From an uncultured delta proteobacterium (GTDB lineage: Bacteria; Desulfobacterota; Syntrophia; Syntrophales; Smithellaceae), in assembly GCA_963811325.1 (NCBI GenBank), contig CAWEQT010000001.1, positions 2,410,497 to 2,474,496 of the forward strand: a stretch of 64,000 bases of DNA, read 5' to 3'. The notes below the pieces were generated by a model that saw only the letters and a list, made by a program, of their open reading frames with translations, was not told the origin of the DNA and searched no databases. Numbering within the stretch: position 1 is the first letter of the stretch; every line of letters starts with the position of its first letter. Shown here piece after piece: positions 10,868 to 20,850 of this stretch. A program made the translations under genes and the position numbers.

Positions 10868-11122
10868 GATTTTCCTTTCTACCGCAATATAATTGCTTTG
10901 ATGAAAACTTATTTATATTGTTGAAAGTTATCACGAAGACAGGCAAAACTCAAGAAAGGTTATTGCTGTCAATAATCATGGGAGTAATTAATTAATAACC
11001 ATTGTGTGTCAAAGTGATCATCAAGTTTGAATGTGATTTGGTATAAGAGCTTAACCCTTTATTATAAACAGATAATTATTACAAATGACAAATCGATTCC
11101 ATGATGACTATTGGATCATTTT

Positions 11123-12226
11123 TCAAAATATGGTTCTTCTGCCGTTGTACCTTTCGGTATCGTAATATTTTTCTATGTCAACCAGTTTTAATTTATGGAT
11201 AATCCCCGCAAGTGGAGCAGTGGCAATTTCTCCCTGCTCCAAACTCACCATGCTACCGAAATCACCTTTGACAATCATATCAACCGCTGCAATGCCAAAC
11301 CATCTGGCCATCAGGCGGTCATGGGCAGACGGTGTTCCACCACGCTGAAGATGACTCAAGATAATATGACGCGATTCCAAACCGGTTTTCTTTTCAATCT
11401 CACTGGCAACATAATTGGCGATCCCGCCTACCGAAACATGTCCGAAATCATCAACATGGCTGTCTTTCAAAAATTCCTGTCGTCCCAAAAGCTTAGCCCC
11501 TTCTGCAACCACGATAATGGAATAATTTATTTCCCTGCCCTTTCTTTCACGCAGAAGCTCACAGACCTTCTCCATATCAAAAGGATACTCAGGTATCAGA
11601 ACTATATAAGCTCCGCTGCATTCGCCGCCGCGCAGAGCAAGCCAGCCGGCGTGACGCCCCATTGTTTCAACAACAAAAATGCGGCTGTGGGAACCGGCGG
11701 TCGTCCTCAAGCGATCAATTTCTTCCATAATAATATTAACCGCCGTGTCAAAACCGAGCGAATATTCTGTTCCCGCGAGATCATTGTCTATCGTTTTGGG
11801 GATGCCTACCGTTTTGATGCCCAGTTTGTGTAATTTATAAGCAACGCCGAGAGTATCTTCCCCGCCGACAGCAACAATAACGTCAATACTGAGTTTTTTG
11901 ATGTTATCAATCAACCGCTCCGAACGATCATTTTTCGGATTAAAGGGATTTGTCCGGGACGTTCCCAGATTTGTGCCGCCATAACGATCCCATGCCCGAA
12001 CGATCTCTTCGTCTAAAGGCTTTATGTGTCGGGCGCAACTCTTCTGATCGCCGGGATCAACGTCTGTTATTCCTTTCCAGCCTTCAACAATACCTATGAC
12101 CTCAAAAGATACAGAACGGTTCGCCGCTATTTTAGAATCAAGAGCGCTTTTTGTAACCCATTTAATCGCTCCGTTCAAACCAGGACAATCTCCTCCACCC
12201 GTCAATATCGCTATTTTCATTTTCAT
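11123..12226 (-). CDS. pfkA: 6-phosphofructokinase, probably PPi-dependent or mixed-substrate type
   Basis: TGGGDCPGLN, GGEDT, PKTIDND, ETMGRHAGW, HLQRGG. Start moved to the ATG at 12226, after a GGAG-like RBS. Confidence 0.9.
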   Translation of the reverse strand: MKMKIAILTGGGDCPGLNGAIKWVTKSALDSKIAANRSVSFEVIGIVEGWKGITDVDPGDQKSCARHIKPLDEEIVRAWDRYGGTNLGTSRTNPFNPKNDRSERLIDNIKKLSIDVIVAVGGEDTLGVAYKLHKLGIKTVGIPKTIDNDLAGTEYSLGFDTAVNIIMEEIDRLRTTAGSHSRIFVVETMGRHAGWLALRGGECSGAYIVLIPEYPFDMEKVCELLRERKGREINYSIIVVAEGAKLLGRQEFLKDSHVDDFGHVSVGGIANYVASEIEKKTGLESRHIILSHLQRGGTPSAHDRLMARWFGIAAVDMIVKGDFGSMVSLEQGEIATAPLAGIIHKLKLVDIEKYYDTERYNGRRTIF

Positions 12227-12489
12227 AATTTTTTCACTCTCCAGAATTTTGAAAACTAAAAATTTTTTTACCACATTTTTTCGTAATATTATACTGAGTT
12301 ACATGGAATCTGCCTCCTGACAGGCGGCAACTTGCTTGCGACATATTATTACTACTAAAAACCACCTTGTGTGTTACATAATATATTACCGCAAAACCGG
12401 CGCGGTTTCTATTTTAATTTTTTTCAGAATACTTGAAATATTACATAAAAGAATATATATTTATTTAAAATATCAGAACAGGATTATTC

Positions 12490-13434
12490 ATGGTTGAAAA
12501 AGAAACGGGGAAATGGCTGAAAATTGAAATATCGGCTCCCCCGGAGCTTATGGACGCGTTGGGGAATTTTCTCATCGAAACCGGCGCTCAGGGCGTATTT
12601 CAGGAATCGCTGGCGCCTCAGAACACTGCTGCGGACTTTCCGGAACCGTCCATTGAAGGAACACTCAAAGTCTATTTTCCGCAGAATAACCGCAGCGAAA
12701 AACGAATAGTTGCTTTGCAAAAATATATAGACAGTCTTGATGAAATATTTCCTGACTTTGAAAAACCATCGTTTACAACTGAAATCATATGCGATCCCAA
12801 CTGGGGAGAACAGTGGAAAAAATATTTTATGCCCGTAAGAGTGAGCAACAATATCATTGTCAAGCCAACATGGGAAAGGTATACGCCTTCCAGCCGAGAT
12901 ATTGTAATTGAAATTGACCCGGGAATGGCCTTTGGCACCGGTCAGCACGCGTCGACAAGAATGTGCATCGAAGCAATTGAAGATATCATAATGAACGATC
13001 GTTCCATCAAGGAATGGAAGGTCTTGGACGTGGGTTGCGGCACTGGCATACTCGGCATCACTGCCGCAAAGATGGGCGCTCAGGATGTTATCTGCGTGGA
13101 TATTGATAAAAAGGCTGTAGAAATTGCCGGTGAAAATGCAGCCATTAACAATGTAAAAACATCCCTGCGCATTCTAAATAAAAATGCCGCATCCATTGAT
13201 AAACCGCGCAACTTGATCATCGCCAATCTTACTTCTAATTTGCTTTTAAACCTTCGCCCGCATCTGGTTCAATTGCTTTTGCCGGAAGGATATATGGTTA
13301 TTTCGGGCATAATTGAACAAGACGCCAAAAATGTCGAGGAACAATTTTCCGCCGATCCCCTGACACTTCACAAAATGATAGCGGAAAAAGAATGGGTCTG
13401 TTACGTGCTCAGGAAAAAATCCGCAAATACTTAA
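12490..13434 (+). CDS. prmA: Ribosomal protein L11 methyltransferase
   Basis: IDPGMAFGTGQHAST, VLDVGCGTGIL. Confidence 0.95.
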   Translation: MVEKETGKWLKIEISAPPELMDALGNFLIETGAQGVFQESLAPQNTAADFPEPSIEGTLKVYFPQNNRSEKRIVALQKYIDSLDEIFPDFEKPSFTTEIICDPNWGEQWKKYFMPVRVSNNIIVKPTWERYTPSSRDIVIEIDPGMAFGTGQHASTRMCIEAIEDIIMNDRSIKEWKVLDVGCGTGILGITAAKMGAQDVICVDIDKKAVEIAGENAAINNVKTSLRILNKNAASIDKPRNLIIANLTSNLLLNLRPHLVQLLLPEGYMVISGIIEQDAKNVEEQFSADPLTLHKMIAEKEWVCYVLRKKSANT

Positions 13435-13697
13435 CGGCAGTGGACTTCATTTGAACCCAAAACAAATACTATTTCTAGGTCAAAAATAATATTGAGGCGG
13501 CAAGAAGAAGGCAATGAGGAGTATGTGAACAACACCACTATAACGTAGCCCACCGGTAAAGAAATGATCTGTTTTTATTGTGACATCTTGTGGGATGCAC
13601 TCCCGAATTTACGTACGTTGAGGAAGCCGGCGACACTGCCAACAAAGATAGAACTTTGATTAAAAATGCAATAAAATATTTTAAGGATAACAAAATC

Positions 13698-14480
13698 TTG
13701 ACGATTCCCCGAATATACAGCCCGGAAGCTTTAGAAAATAAAAAAACCTGTGAACTGGGACCGGACAATTTACGATATTTAAAACAGGTAATGCGTCTGA
13801 AAAATGGTGACAAGATTAATATTTTTGACGGTTTTGGCCGGGAATTTGAAGCCGTAATTAAAAGTTATTCCACAAAAACCGTTTTGATAGAACTGGGGGA
13901 AATAATCCCGACAGCAGGCAAGGACATACGAATTACACTGGCTCAGGCCATACCCAAAGCAAGAAAAATGGATACAATTGTAAAAAGCGCCGCCGAACTG
14001 GGCGCGAATGTAATTATTCCTTTTTATGCCGCACGGTCAGTCAGTCGTATTGCCGATGAAAAGAGTTCTTTAAAAGTCGCTCGCTGGCAAAAAATAGCCA
14101 GGGAAGCGGCGCGATGTTGCCACAGCAATCATATAGCGAAAGTATCAAGAATTTCATCTTTTACGGATATGCTCTCCGCGGCTTCAGATGATGCCCTCCG
14201 ATTGATTTTCTGGGAAGAAGAATCTCAAAAAACCATTAAAGATACATTAACGGATCAAGCCTTTGCTGCCACAAAAGATTTCTTTATTGCCGTCGGGCCT
14301 GAAGGCGGTTTTTCCAAAGACGAGGTTATAAAGACAAAAGAAGCTGGATTTCTTTCGGTAACTTTAGGCAGGCAAATTCTAAAAGTGGAAACGGCGGCGG
14401 CGGCAATAATAGCTATAATCCAATATGAAAAAGGTATCTTTGGCAATAGATCACAGGAGGTGGAAAATGACCGTTTATAA
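13698..14480 (+). CDS. rsmE: 16S rRNA m3U1498 methyltransferase
   Basis: VGPEGGFS, LGRQILKVETAA; follows prmA. Likely TTG start at 13698 after AAGGA. Confidence 0.92.
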   Translation: MTIPRIYSPEALENKKTCELGPDNLRYLKQVMRLKNGDKINIFDGFGREFEAVIKSYSTKTVLIELGEIIPTAGKDIRITLAQAIPKARKMDTIVKSAAELGANVIIPFYAARSVSRIADEKSSLKVARWQKIAREAARCCHSNHIAKVSRISSFTDMLSAASDDALRLIFWEEESQKTIKDTLTDQAFAATKDFFIAVGPEGGFSKDEVIKTKEAGFLSVTLGRQILKVETAAAAIIAIIQYEKGIFGNRSQEVENDRL

Positions 14481-15066
14481 ATATGCCGGTTTCTGGCGGC
14501 GTCTGGTAGCTTTCAGCATTGACAGCACAATCACCTTTTTTATTTTTATTATTCTCTTTACAATCGCGTCGCTTGCATTTTTCTCAGGCGCTATTTCCGG
14601 AAACAGTGAAGACTTTCTTGCCGATTTAACCGATCCCGCAGGTTTTTCTCCTGTCATAATTATTTCATCTATATTTTTTATTTTCACTAACCTTGCTTAT
14701 TATACATATTTTCACGGTGCAACAGGCCGGACACCGGGAAAAATGCTTTTGGGCTTGCAGGTAGTTTCCAACGACGGTGCACATATCTCTTTCGGAATCG
14801 CTTTTTTGAGAGCCGTGGGTTATTTTGTCTCTAATATATTTTATCTTGGTTTTATCTGGGTCGCCTTTGACAAAAAAAAACAGGGATGGCACGACAGAAT
14901 AGCCGGCACTGTCGTTATCATCAAGGAAAGAGAAAACAAAACCGCAGGGATATCCATTCCCGATAGTCCAACGGTTTTACCCGAAACGCAGCAGCAGATG
15001 CAACAAAATGAGGAAATTAAGGAGCAAAATAATCAGATGGATAAGATACTGAAAAACAAGGGCTAA
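14467..15066 (+). CDS. RDD family membrane protein
   Basis: YAGFWRRLVAFSID...TPGKMLLGLQVV...WHDRIAGTVV; AGGAGG RBS before ATG 14467. Confidence 0.9.
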   Translation: MTVYKYAGFWRRLVAFSIDSTITFFIFIILFTIASLAFFSGAISGNSEDFLADLTDPAGFSPVIIISSIFFIFTNLAYYTYFHGATGRTPGKMLLGLQVVSNDGAHISFGIAFLRAVGYFVSNIFYLGFIWVAFDKKKQGWHDRIAGTVVIIKERENKTAGISIPDSPTVLPETQQQMQQNEEIKEQNNQMDKILKNKG

Positions 15067-15166
15067 CAGGGAATAAGAAGGGAACAAGCGGGGAAAAAAC
15101 ACCTTGACAAAAGAAATCTTATTCTATAGACGATGGCCTTGCTTTACAGGATTCAATTAATCCGGT

Positions 15167-15242
15167 GGGCCGGTAGCTCAGTCGGTAGAGCATCGGACTG
15201 AAAATCCGAGTGTCGGCAGTTCAATTCTGCCCTGGCCCACCA
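15167..15242 (+). tRNA. tRNA-Phe (GAA)
   Basis: 76 nt GGGCCGGTAGCTCAGTCGGTAGAGCATCGGACTGAAAATCCGAGTGTCGGCAGTTCAATTCTGCCCTGGCCCACCA; cloverleaf, GAA anticodon, encoded CCA. Confidence 0.97.
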
Positions 15243-15248
15243 TGAAAA

Positions 15249-15552
15249 TCAAGGACTTAACGCAATAATGGTTGAGTCCTTTTTCATTATTTGAGGCTGA
15301 TTGTAACCATTTTGTAACTGTTCCATCTGTTTTTCACAGAATTCATGCCTCTTTCGAGCAGCCTCTTGCAAATCATCCTGCGAAACGATGTTGTAACGGT
15401 CAAATACACTCCTTGTTTTATGTCCTGATATAGACATTGCCACACGCTCAGGAACACCTGCTCTAATCATATTACGAATACCACTTCTTCTTAGATCATG
15501 GAAAATCAGGTCAGGTCTGCCAATTTTAGTACAAGCTGTTATCCAAGTTTTT
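15249..15552 (-). pseudogene. Tyrosine integrase, C-terminal remnant pointing towards tRNA-Phe and cut by IS3
   Basis: The frame extends upstream of the listed ORF: ...PDLIFHDLRRSGIRNMIRAGVPERVAMSISGHKTRSVFDRY (HxxR, H and Y catalytic residues). It ends at the IS3 left IR. Confidence 0.88.
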
Positions 15553-16579
15553 TGACCTGCCCCCCGAAAACCGGTCCAGTAATTAAGTTAGGATTCGGTT
15601 ATAATAAATTAATAAGATAAGGGGGTATTATGAGTCGAAAGCGATACACGTCAGAACAGATTATAGGGATCCTTCGGGAAGCGGAAGTAAAGTTATCAGG
15701 GGGTAAGACAGTTGGGCAGATATGCCGTGAAGCTGGGATATCAGAGTATACCTACTATAGATGGCGTAAGGAATATGGTGGCGTGAAAACATCCCAAGTA
15801 AAACGTATCAAGGAACTGGAAAGAGAGAACTCGCATCTTAAGAAAGCGGTGGCGGAACTTACGTTGGACAAATTGATTTTGAAGGAAGCCTTGGAGGGAA
15901 ACTATTAAGCTCCGATAGGCGCAAGCGCTGCGTGGAGTACGTGATGAAGAAGATTCATGTTTCCGAGCGGCGAGCCTGTCGGGAGATAAATCAACCCCGG
16001 TCAACCCAGAGACATTCCACTGTAGCCAGGTGTGATGAGGGACGTTTGAGGGCAGAGATTATTCAATTAGCCCTCAAGTATGGCCGTTACGGTTATCGAA
16101 GAATAACAGCTCTTTTACAACAGGATGGATGGTGGGTTAATCATAAACGTGTAGAAAGGGTCTGGCGGGAGGAAGGTTTAAAGGTACCCAAGAAACAGCC
16201 GAAACGGGGCCGCTTGTGGTTGAATGATGGTTCTTGCGTTCGTCTTCGGCCGACGCATAGGAACCATGTCTGGTCTTATGATTTTGTTGCCGATCGTACA
16301 CACGATGGCCGATCGATCAAGATGCTCACGGTTATTGATGAATACTGCCGAGAATGTCTGGCTATTGTTACGGAAAGAAGTTTAAAATCCGATGATGTTT
16401 TGGATTGTCTGACAGAGATGTTCATTCGTCATGGAGCGCCGCAATATATTCGTTCGGACAATGGATCTGAATTTACGGCAAAAGTGGTCCGCCGATGGTT
16501 GTCACGCCTTGGCGTTCAGACCCTTTATATTGAACCGGGTAGTCCTTGGGAAAACGGCTATATTGAAAGTTTCAATGGC
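15553..16579 (+). mobile_element. IS3-family element (IS407-like), 3'-truncated
   Basis: Left IR TGACCTGCCCCCCGAAAACCGGTCCA at 15553; orfA/orfB; G GGA AAC -1 frameshift motif at 15896-15902; orfB stops after ESFNG. Confidence 0.9.
15630..15908 (+). CDS. IS3 transposase OrfA
   Basis: HTH (YTSEQIIGILREAE...TYYRWRKEYGG) plus leucine zipper. Confidence 0.9.
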   Translation: MSRKRYTSEQIIGILREAEVKLSGGKTVGQICREAGISEYTYYRWRKEYGGVKTSQVKRIKELERENSHLKKAVAELTLDKLILKEALEGNY

Positions 16580-16582
16580 TGA
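15905..16582 (+). pseudogene. IS3 transposase OrfB, truncated
   Basis: WSYDF, RSDNGSEF, PWENGYIESFNG, then interrupted by a second IS end. Confidence 0.85.
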
Positions 16583-16771
16583 CCTACCCCCGAATCATGT
16601 ACCACATTTAGAGTTAAGATTCTGCAAATTAATGTTCTTCAATTTAGCCAGGTTTCTGGTGCTGGAGGATGGTAATTCAATGAGCTGTGCAGCTTGAAAG
16701 TGTTGTATTCAATGCGCCATTTTTATATAAGCACCTGAGCTTCTTTCAGGGTAAAAAAGATCTCAATATTC
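16580..16771 (-). mobile_element. Right end of a second IS3-family element in the opposite orientation (remnant)
   Basis: IR TGACCTACCCCCGAATCATGTACCA at 16580; minus strand encodes EIFFTLKEAQVLI*KWRIEYNTFKLHSSLNYHPPAPE, an OrfB C-terminus with an internal stop. Confidence 0.8.
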
Positions 16772-16923
16772 ATGTATCCACCGACAAACAGCTATGCGCT
16801 ATTTCTTTTAGTAATGCTCAACATCAAGACTTTTCAAAATTGTTTATTCGTATGTGAAGGCAACGTTTCTGATGATGATTTAGCTTTTCAAAATCAATCA
16901 TAGAATTTTTTATTTTTAACTTC

Positions 16924-18551
16924 CTCTTCTAAGGAAGAAGTCAAGTATTTCTCTCGTAGAGATCTTTAAAGTTGAAAATGGTTGTGGTGGTACTTCGACC
17001 TTTTTTCCTTTTCACCTAACCTCTTTTATTCTACGGGCCCTTGATGCCCAACTTACCTTATACAGGACGAAAAGGGTGGTGGAAGTTGACCAAGCTAAAT
17101 CGCGCAAGCCTTTTAGCCTACGAAGTTACACGGACCTTCCTTCCGCCACAACCATACTTTACTATTTTATGTGTTTATGCTCATGCCGCAACAGGTACTA
17201 AATCTTCAAATTCCCGTTTGTCCCGTAGCAAGGCAAAGATCACTTTGATCAGCTTAATAGCCACCGCACAGAGCATCTCTTTACGTCTAGGCTGCTGACC
17301 AACTCTGTTTTTTGTTTCCAATTTACGAAGATAGTATTCCTGAAAATAGTTACTCAGTACCACCACCCTCATACTCATAAAGAAAAGATATTTCCGTAAG
17401 AGCCATCGCCCCTTCTTGGATATGAACTTCCGGCCAATACGTGAACCTGAATCACTCTCTTGGGGATCATATCCGGCGTACTTTACAATCTGACGGGCAT
17501 TATGAAAATGGGTAGGATCGCCCAGTTCTCCCAAAAACACAGCGGCAGAAAGGGGGCCTATGCCCGGTATGCTCATCAGATAGGATGCTGCGGTTGTCTC
17601 CTTCAGCAGGAGCTTCAACTGTTTATCTATATCCTTGAGCGACAGGACTGTCCGCTTTACTTCTTCCAGACACATTTGAACCCGGTACCGGTCGGCATTG
17701 CCAATCTGTTTTACGCCAATACTTTTTTGAGCCGCTTCAATAAGTTTTTCTACCTTACTGGCAGAACCAGCTTTTTTTCTTGACCTTCGTGCAATCAAGT
17801 CTTGGAGAGTTGACACTTTCATCAACACAACATCCTGAGGGAAAGGACACAGATCAAGAACTGCCCATAGACTACGTGACCCCATTGACCAAAATATCTC
17901 ATGCAGTTCGGGGAAATAGTCGTCCAGGGCGGCATGCAAGGAGTTTTTTGCACTCACACTGTATCGCAGAAGTCGCTCCCGTGCTTTAGAGAGCGTCCGC
18001 AACTGCCTCAGCACTCCATCCTCGATGACCGTGTCAATACATTTACCTTCTCTGGTTATGTTCGCTATGGTTAACGCATCTCTCTGATCACTCTTGGTTG
18101 ATGAACTCTCATCCAGCTCCCGGTGATGTTTCAATGCCGTCGTCCGTACAAAACGAACCTCATAGCCTTGCTCTTTGGCAAAATAGGCCAGCTTTCTCCA
18201 ATAATGTCCTGTCGGTTCCATCCCGATGAGAACATCCCTAAGATGATGCTTCGTTTTTAACCCTTCAATCATATCCACAAACTGCCCAAATCCTTCCCGA
18301 CTGGTATAGAGCTTCGCACAGCTTCCTAAAACCTTGCCTTCCTTGTTCATAAATCCCACTGCATTGAATGCATTGCCTATGTCAACTCCAACGATGAGGG
18401 TTGTTTTCTTAATCCTTTGACGACGTAATACTTGCTTGTTATAATCACTCTTGGACATGGTCTTTTCTCCTTTCTGCTTTGGTTGTTTTGGCTATTCAAC
18501 TTTGTCAGATCGAAAATACCATGTCCGCTACTATCTTCCTTATAGTAAGCT
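16924..18551 (-). mobile_element. IS110-family element A (IS1111-like), inserted in the left box of a module-junction site
   Basis: CT core at both ends (16924-25 and 18550-51); subterminal IRs TAAGGAAGA 16930-38 and TCTTCCTTA 18534-42; ~250-bp non-coding region downstream of the transposase. Removing it restores CTTCCTGTAA. Confidence 0.85.
17181..18458 (-). CDS. IS110-family DEDD transposase
   Basis: VGVDIG, MEPTGHYW, KSDQRDA, SIPGIG, SDSG. Confidence 0.93.
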   Translation of the reverse strand: MSKSDYNKQVLRRQRIKKTTLIVGVDIGNAFNAVGFMNKEGKVLGSCAKLYTSREGFGQFVDMIEGLKTKHHLRDVLIGMEPTGHYWRKLAYFAKEQGYEVRFVRTTALKHHRELDESSSTKSDQRDALTIANITREGKCIDTVIEDGVLRQLRTLSKARERLLRYSVSAKNSLHAALDDYFPELHEIFWSMGSRSLWAVLDLCPFPQDVVLMKVSTLQDLIARRSRKKAGSASKVEKLIEAAQKSIGVKQIGNADRYRVQMCLEEVKRTVLSLKDIDKQLKLLLKETTAASYLMSIPGIGPLSAAVFLGELGDPTHFHNARQIVKYAGYDPQESDSGSRIGRKFISKKGRWLLRKYLFFMSMRVVVLSNYFQEYYLRKLETKNRVGQQPRRKEMLCAVAIKLIKVIFALLRDKREFEDLVPVAA

Positions 18552-18602
18552 GTAATGTTGATTTTCTTACTTTCCCAATTCATGCAACATTTCATCCGTA
18601 AC
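18550..18602 (+). repeat. Module-junction site (its left box at 16920 is split by IS110-A)
   Basis: CTGTAA + 34 bp (TGTTG...CAACA) + TTTCATCCGTAAC. Confidence 0.8.
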
Positions 18603-18897
18603 AAACACTAGTCACGTCCAACAAACATAGACACCACACCCCACATTTTTTAATCAATATTTTCCTTGACATACAAACGTGGTTTCCCTATATTCCTTTT
18701 CCAAAGAAAGCAAGTTTTTATCAATCCGTATTACGGGAATGATTTTTCTATAAGTCCTCAAGGCCGTTTTTATTTTTAGGCTAGGTGGAAGGTAATGAGA
18801 ACAAAAAAACAAAATAGGATTAATCATTATTTTTAAGTTTTTGTAGCCGCTATTATTGAGATGCCGAAAATAAAAAAATGAAAGGACGTGAAATTTA

Positions 18898-19488
18898 ATG
18901 CTAAACAACGTTTACGAAATTAAAGAATCGTCAATTGCCGACCCGGGGCCGCTTGGTCTGGCTTGCTTCGCCCTAACCACCTTTTGCCTTAGCATGATAA
19001 ACGCAGAGTTAGTCGACAAAGCAGCAACCATCGTAGTGATTGCCCTTGCGCTCGTATACGGTGGCGTAACACAAATACTGGCTGGAATGTGGGAATATAA
19101 AAAGAACAATGTTTTTGGCGCTACCGCATTTGCATCATATGGTGCTTTTTGGATATCCCTCGGCATCTTTGATCTTTTAGCCACCCTGAAATTGGTTACA
19201 GTGCCTAGTCAAGGTGTTTGGTTGTTCTTACTAGCGTGGACCATTTTTACCTTTTATATGTGGATCGGCAGTTTTGGTACAAATAAGGCTCTAGTTGTTA
19301 CATTCACTTTGCTGCTTATAGCCTTTATTCTACTTACCATCGGAGCGGCAGGCAGCTCGTTAGCACATACAATGGGCGGTTATGTTGGTATTCTTACAGC
19401 TATTGCAGCCTGGTACACTTCAGCTGCTGGTATATGCAATACTGTGTTTGGGCGGGTTGTCTTGCCAGTAGGTCCCGTCAAAAAATAA
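18898..19488 (+). CDS. satP: Acetate uptake transporter, SatP/GPR1/FUN34/YaaH family
   Basis: ADPGPLGL and SYGAFW signatures; six hydrophobic segments. Confidence 0.88.
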   Translation: MLNNVYEIKESSIADPGPLGLACFALTTFCLSMINAELVDKAATIVVIALALVYGGVTQILAGMWEYKKNNVFGATAFASYGAFWISLGIFDLLATLKLVTVPSQGVWLFLLAWTIFTFYMWIGSFGTNKALVVTFTLLLIAFILLTIGAAGSSLAHTMGGYVGILTAIAAWYTSAAGICNTVFGRVVLPVGPVKK

Positions 19489-19723
19489 TTAATTAGTAAT
19501 CAAGAAAAAAGAGCGTTCCGCCTAACGTATTAAACATTCAGCCAAGAAAGTCATGACCGAGATAAAAATCGATTATGACTTTCTTCCTAATTCATTGATT
19601 CTCAAGTGACCTGCCACTGAAACTTTGTAGGTATTAGGTACAAATATTTTCTTAAAAATAAATTATTGTTTCCATAATGTATGTTTTAGTAAAAATAATT
19701 TTCTTAAAAAAACCAATTTACGC

Positions 19724-19785
19724 ATTACTTCCTGTAGTCAAGCATCAGCCATTTTTGACTTGCATACTCTCTTTCAATCGGTAAT
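19724..19785 (+). repeat. Module-junction site
   Basis: ATTACTTCCTGTAG + 34 bp + TTTCAATCGGTAAT, between convergent gene ends. Confidence 0.85.
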
Positions 19786-20302
19786 GCGCAAATATTACTG
19801 AAGACTTTTATCTAATTGCTGAATACTCCACAAAGCTTTGTCCACGGACAACGAGTTTGACAAAAGTCCAGTGGCGCCTTTTCCCTTATTAGTGCAAGCA
19901 ACACCCTTACCGTTATCTCTTGCCCGTAAGAAATACCAAGCCCTTTTAGTATTTTCGAGTCCCATTTCCGGACAGCGTCTTCATTGCCGATGGGATTCTC
20001 GCAACAGTCATTTTTGCAATCAGGACAGGATTTACAGAGTTGGTCTGGTCCCTCTGTAACGGTAATAATCAAATCGCTCTCTGATTGTGTAAGTTCTTTG
20101 ATTTTACTTAGGGCAAAGGAAAATTCTTCTCCGCGAATTAAGTTATCCAGGGGTAGAAACCTGTCACAAAAAAAGTGATGTGGTCGTAATCTTAATGTTT
20201 CCGGATTTTCACTAGAAGTCATACGCAATCCTAACTTTGAAATGTTTCCAATAATTCATCGCTATTCATCACAGATTGCCTTCTAAGGAAAACTTCTTCT
20301 TC
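19765..20302. repeat. ~540-bp direct repeat, copy 1 (copy 2 at 44905-45442)
   Basis: Near-identical sequence encoding the same 138-aa ORF. Confidence 0.95.
19812..20228 (-). CDS. DUF1284-like Cys/His-rich putative metal-binding protein, copy 1
   Basis: LRLRPHHFFC...GPDQLCKSCP...CQTRCPWTKLC. Confidence 0.75.
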   Translation of the reverse strand: MRMTSSENPETLRLRPHHFFCDRFLPLDNLIRGEEFSFALSKIKELTQSESDLIITVTEGPDQLCKSCPDCKNDCCENPIGNEDAVRKWDSKILKGLGISYGQEITVRVLLALIREKAPLDFCQTRCPWTKLCGVFSN

Positions 20303-20599
20303 TAAGGAAGAGAGCGTCCAGAATTTTCACTGATATGATCTGGAAATAAAGCCATACACAGTTGAGATATGATTAGTACAATCAATCTGGGCAATCGCTA
20401 CGCTTAGGTGAATTCATCGTTGCATCTTTCAATTTGAAAGAAGCCTTTTGCCGTGAATAATAATGGTGCAACATTATGGAGAAAGTCAACGCTGCCGCTG
20501 GTTAAGCGATGTTAAATAATCGGTGATCGGATTTTTTTTCTTGCTTCCTGTAGTCCTCAATTTTCAAAATGTTAATTTTATGCTTCTATGTAAAAAAGC

Positions 20600-20850
20600 A
20601 AGTCTTTTTTTAAAAGAGACATGATCAATATTCTTTTATAAAATATCGGGTGCATAGCAATCTTTAAAATCAATCTTCTATCAGCAGACAGACCGTTAGA
20701 AAGTCGCTGCATTTCCTTGGTCAGGTTTTAAAGGGTGGGCACGCAGTCTAGGTTAATAGCAGACTAAATGGCAAGCTGCAGCATAAAATAAGCGTTGCCC
20801 ACGGATTTATGATTATCAATTTGCCCTAAACACCCCATGATTGTTAATAG
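20600..20850 (-). ncRNA. Putative bridge/seek RNA of IS110-B copy 1 (boundaries approximate)
   Basis: Stem GTGGGCACGC (20735-44)/GCGTTGCCCAC (20792-802) encloses TCTAGGTTA (20747-55) and AGCATAAAAT (20780-89), which match opposite strands of the reconstructed target ATTTTATGCTTCTAGGTTA. Confidence 0.65.

Noticed and set aside
13478-13660. Possible MITE-like intergenic repeat between prmA and rsmE
   Set aside because: Single copy in the window with no clear terminal repeats; cannot be supported without the rest of the genome.
16940-17180. Guide segments in the IS110-A non-coding region (TACAGGA, GAAGTTA)
   Set aside because: The matches are only 7 nt and both to the same target strand; I could not build a convincing two-sided loop by eye.
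20279-20312. CTTCTAAGGAA twice, resembling the IS110-A end
   Set aside because: Could be a scar of a related IS in a left box, but it is too short and has no transposase remnant.
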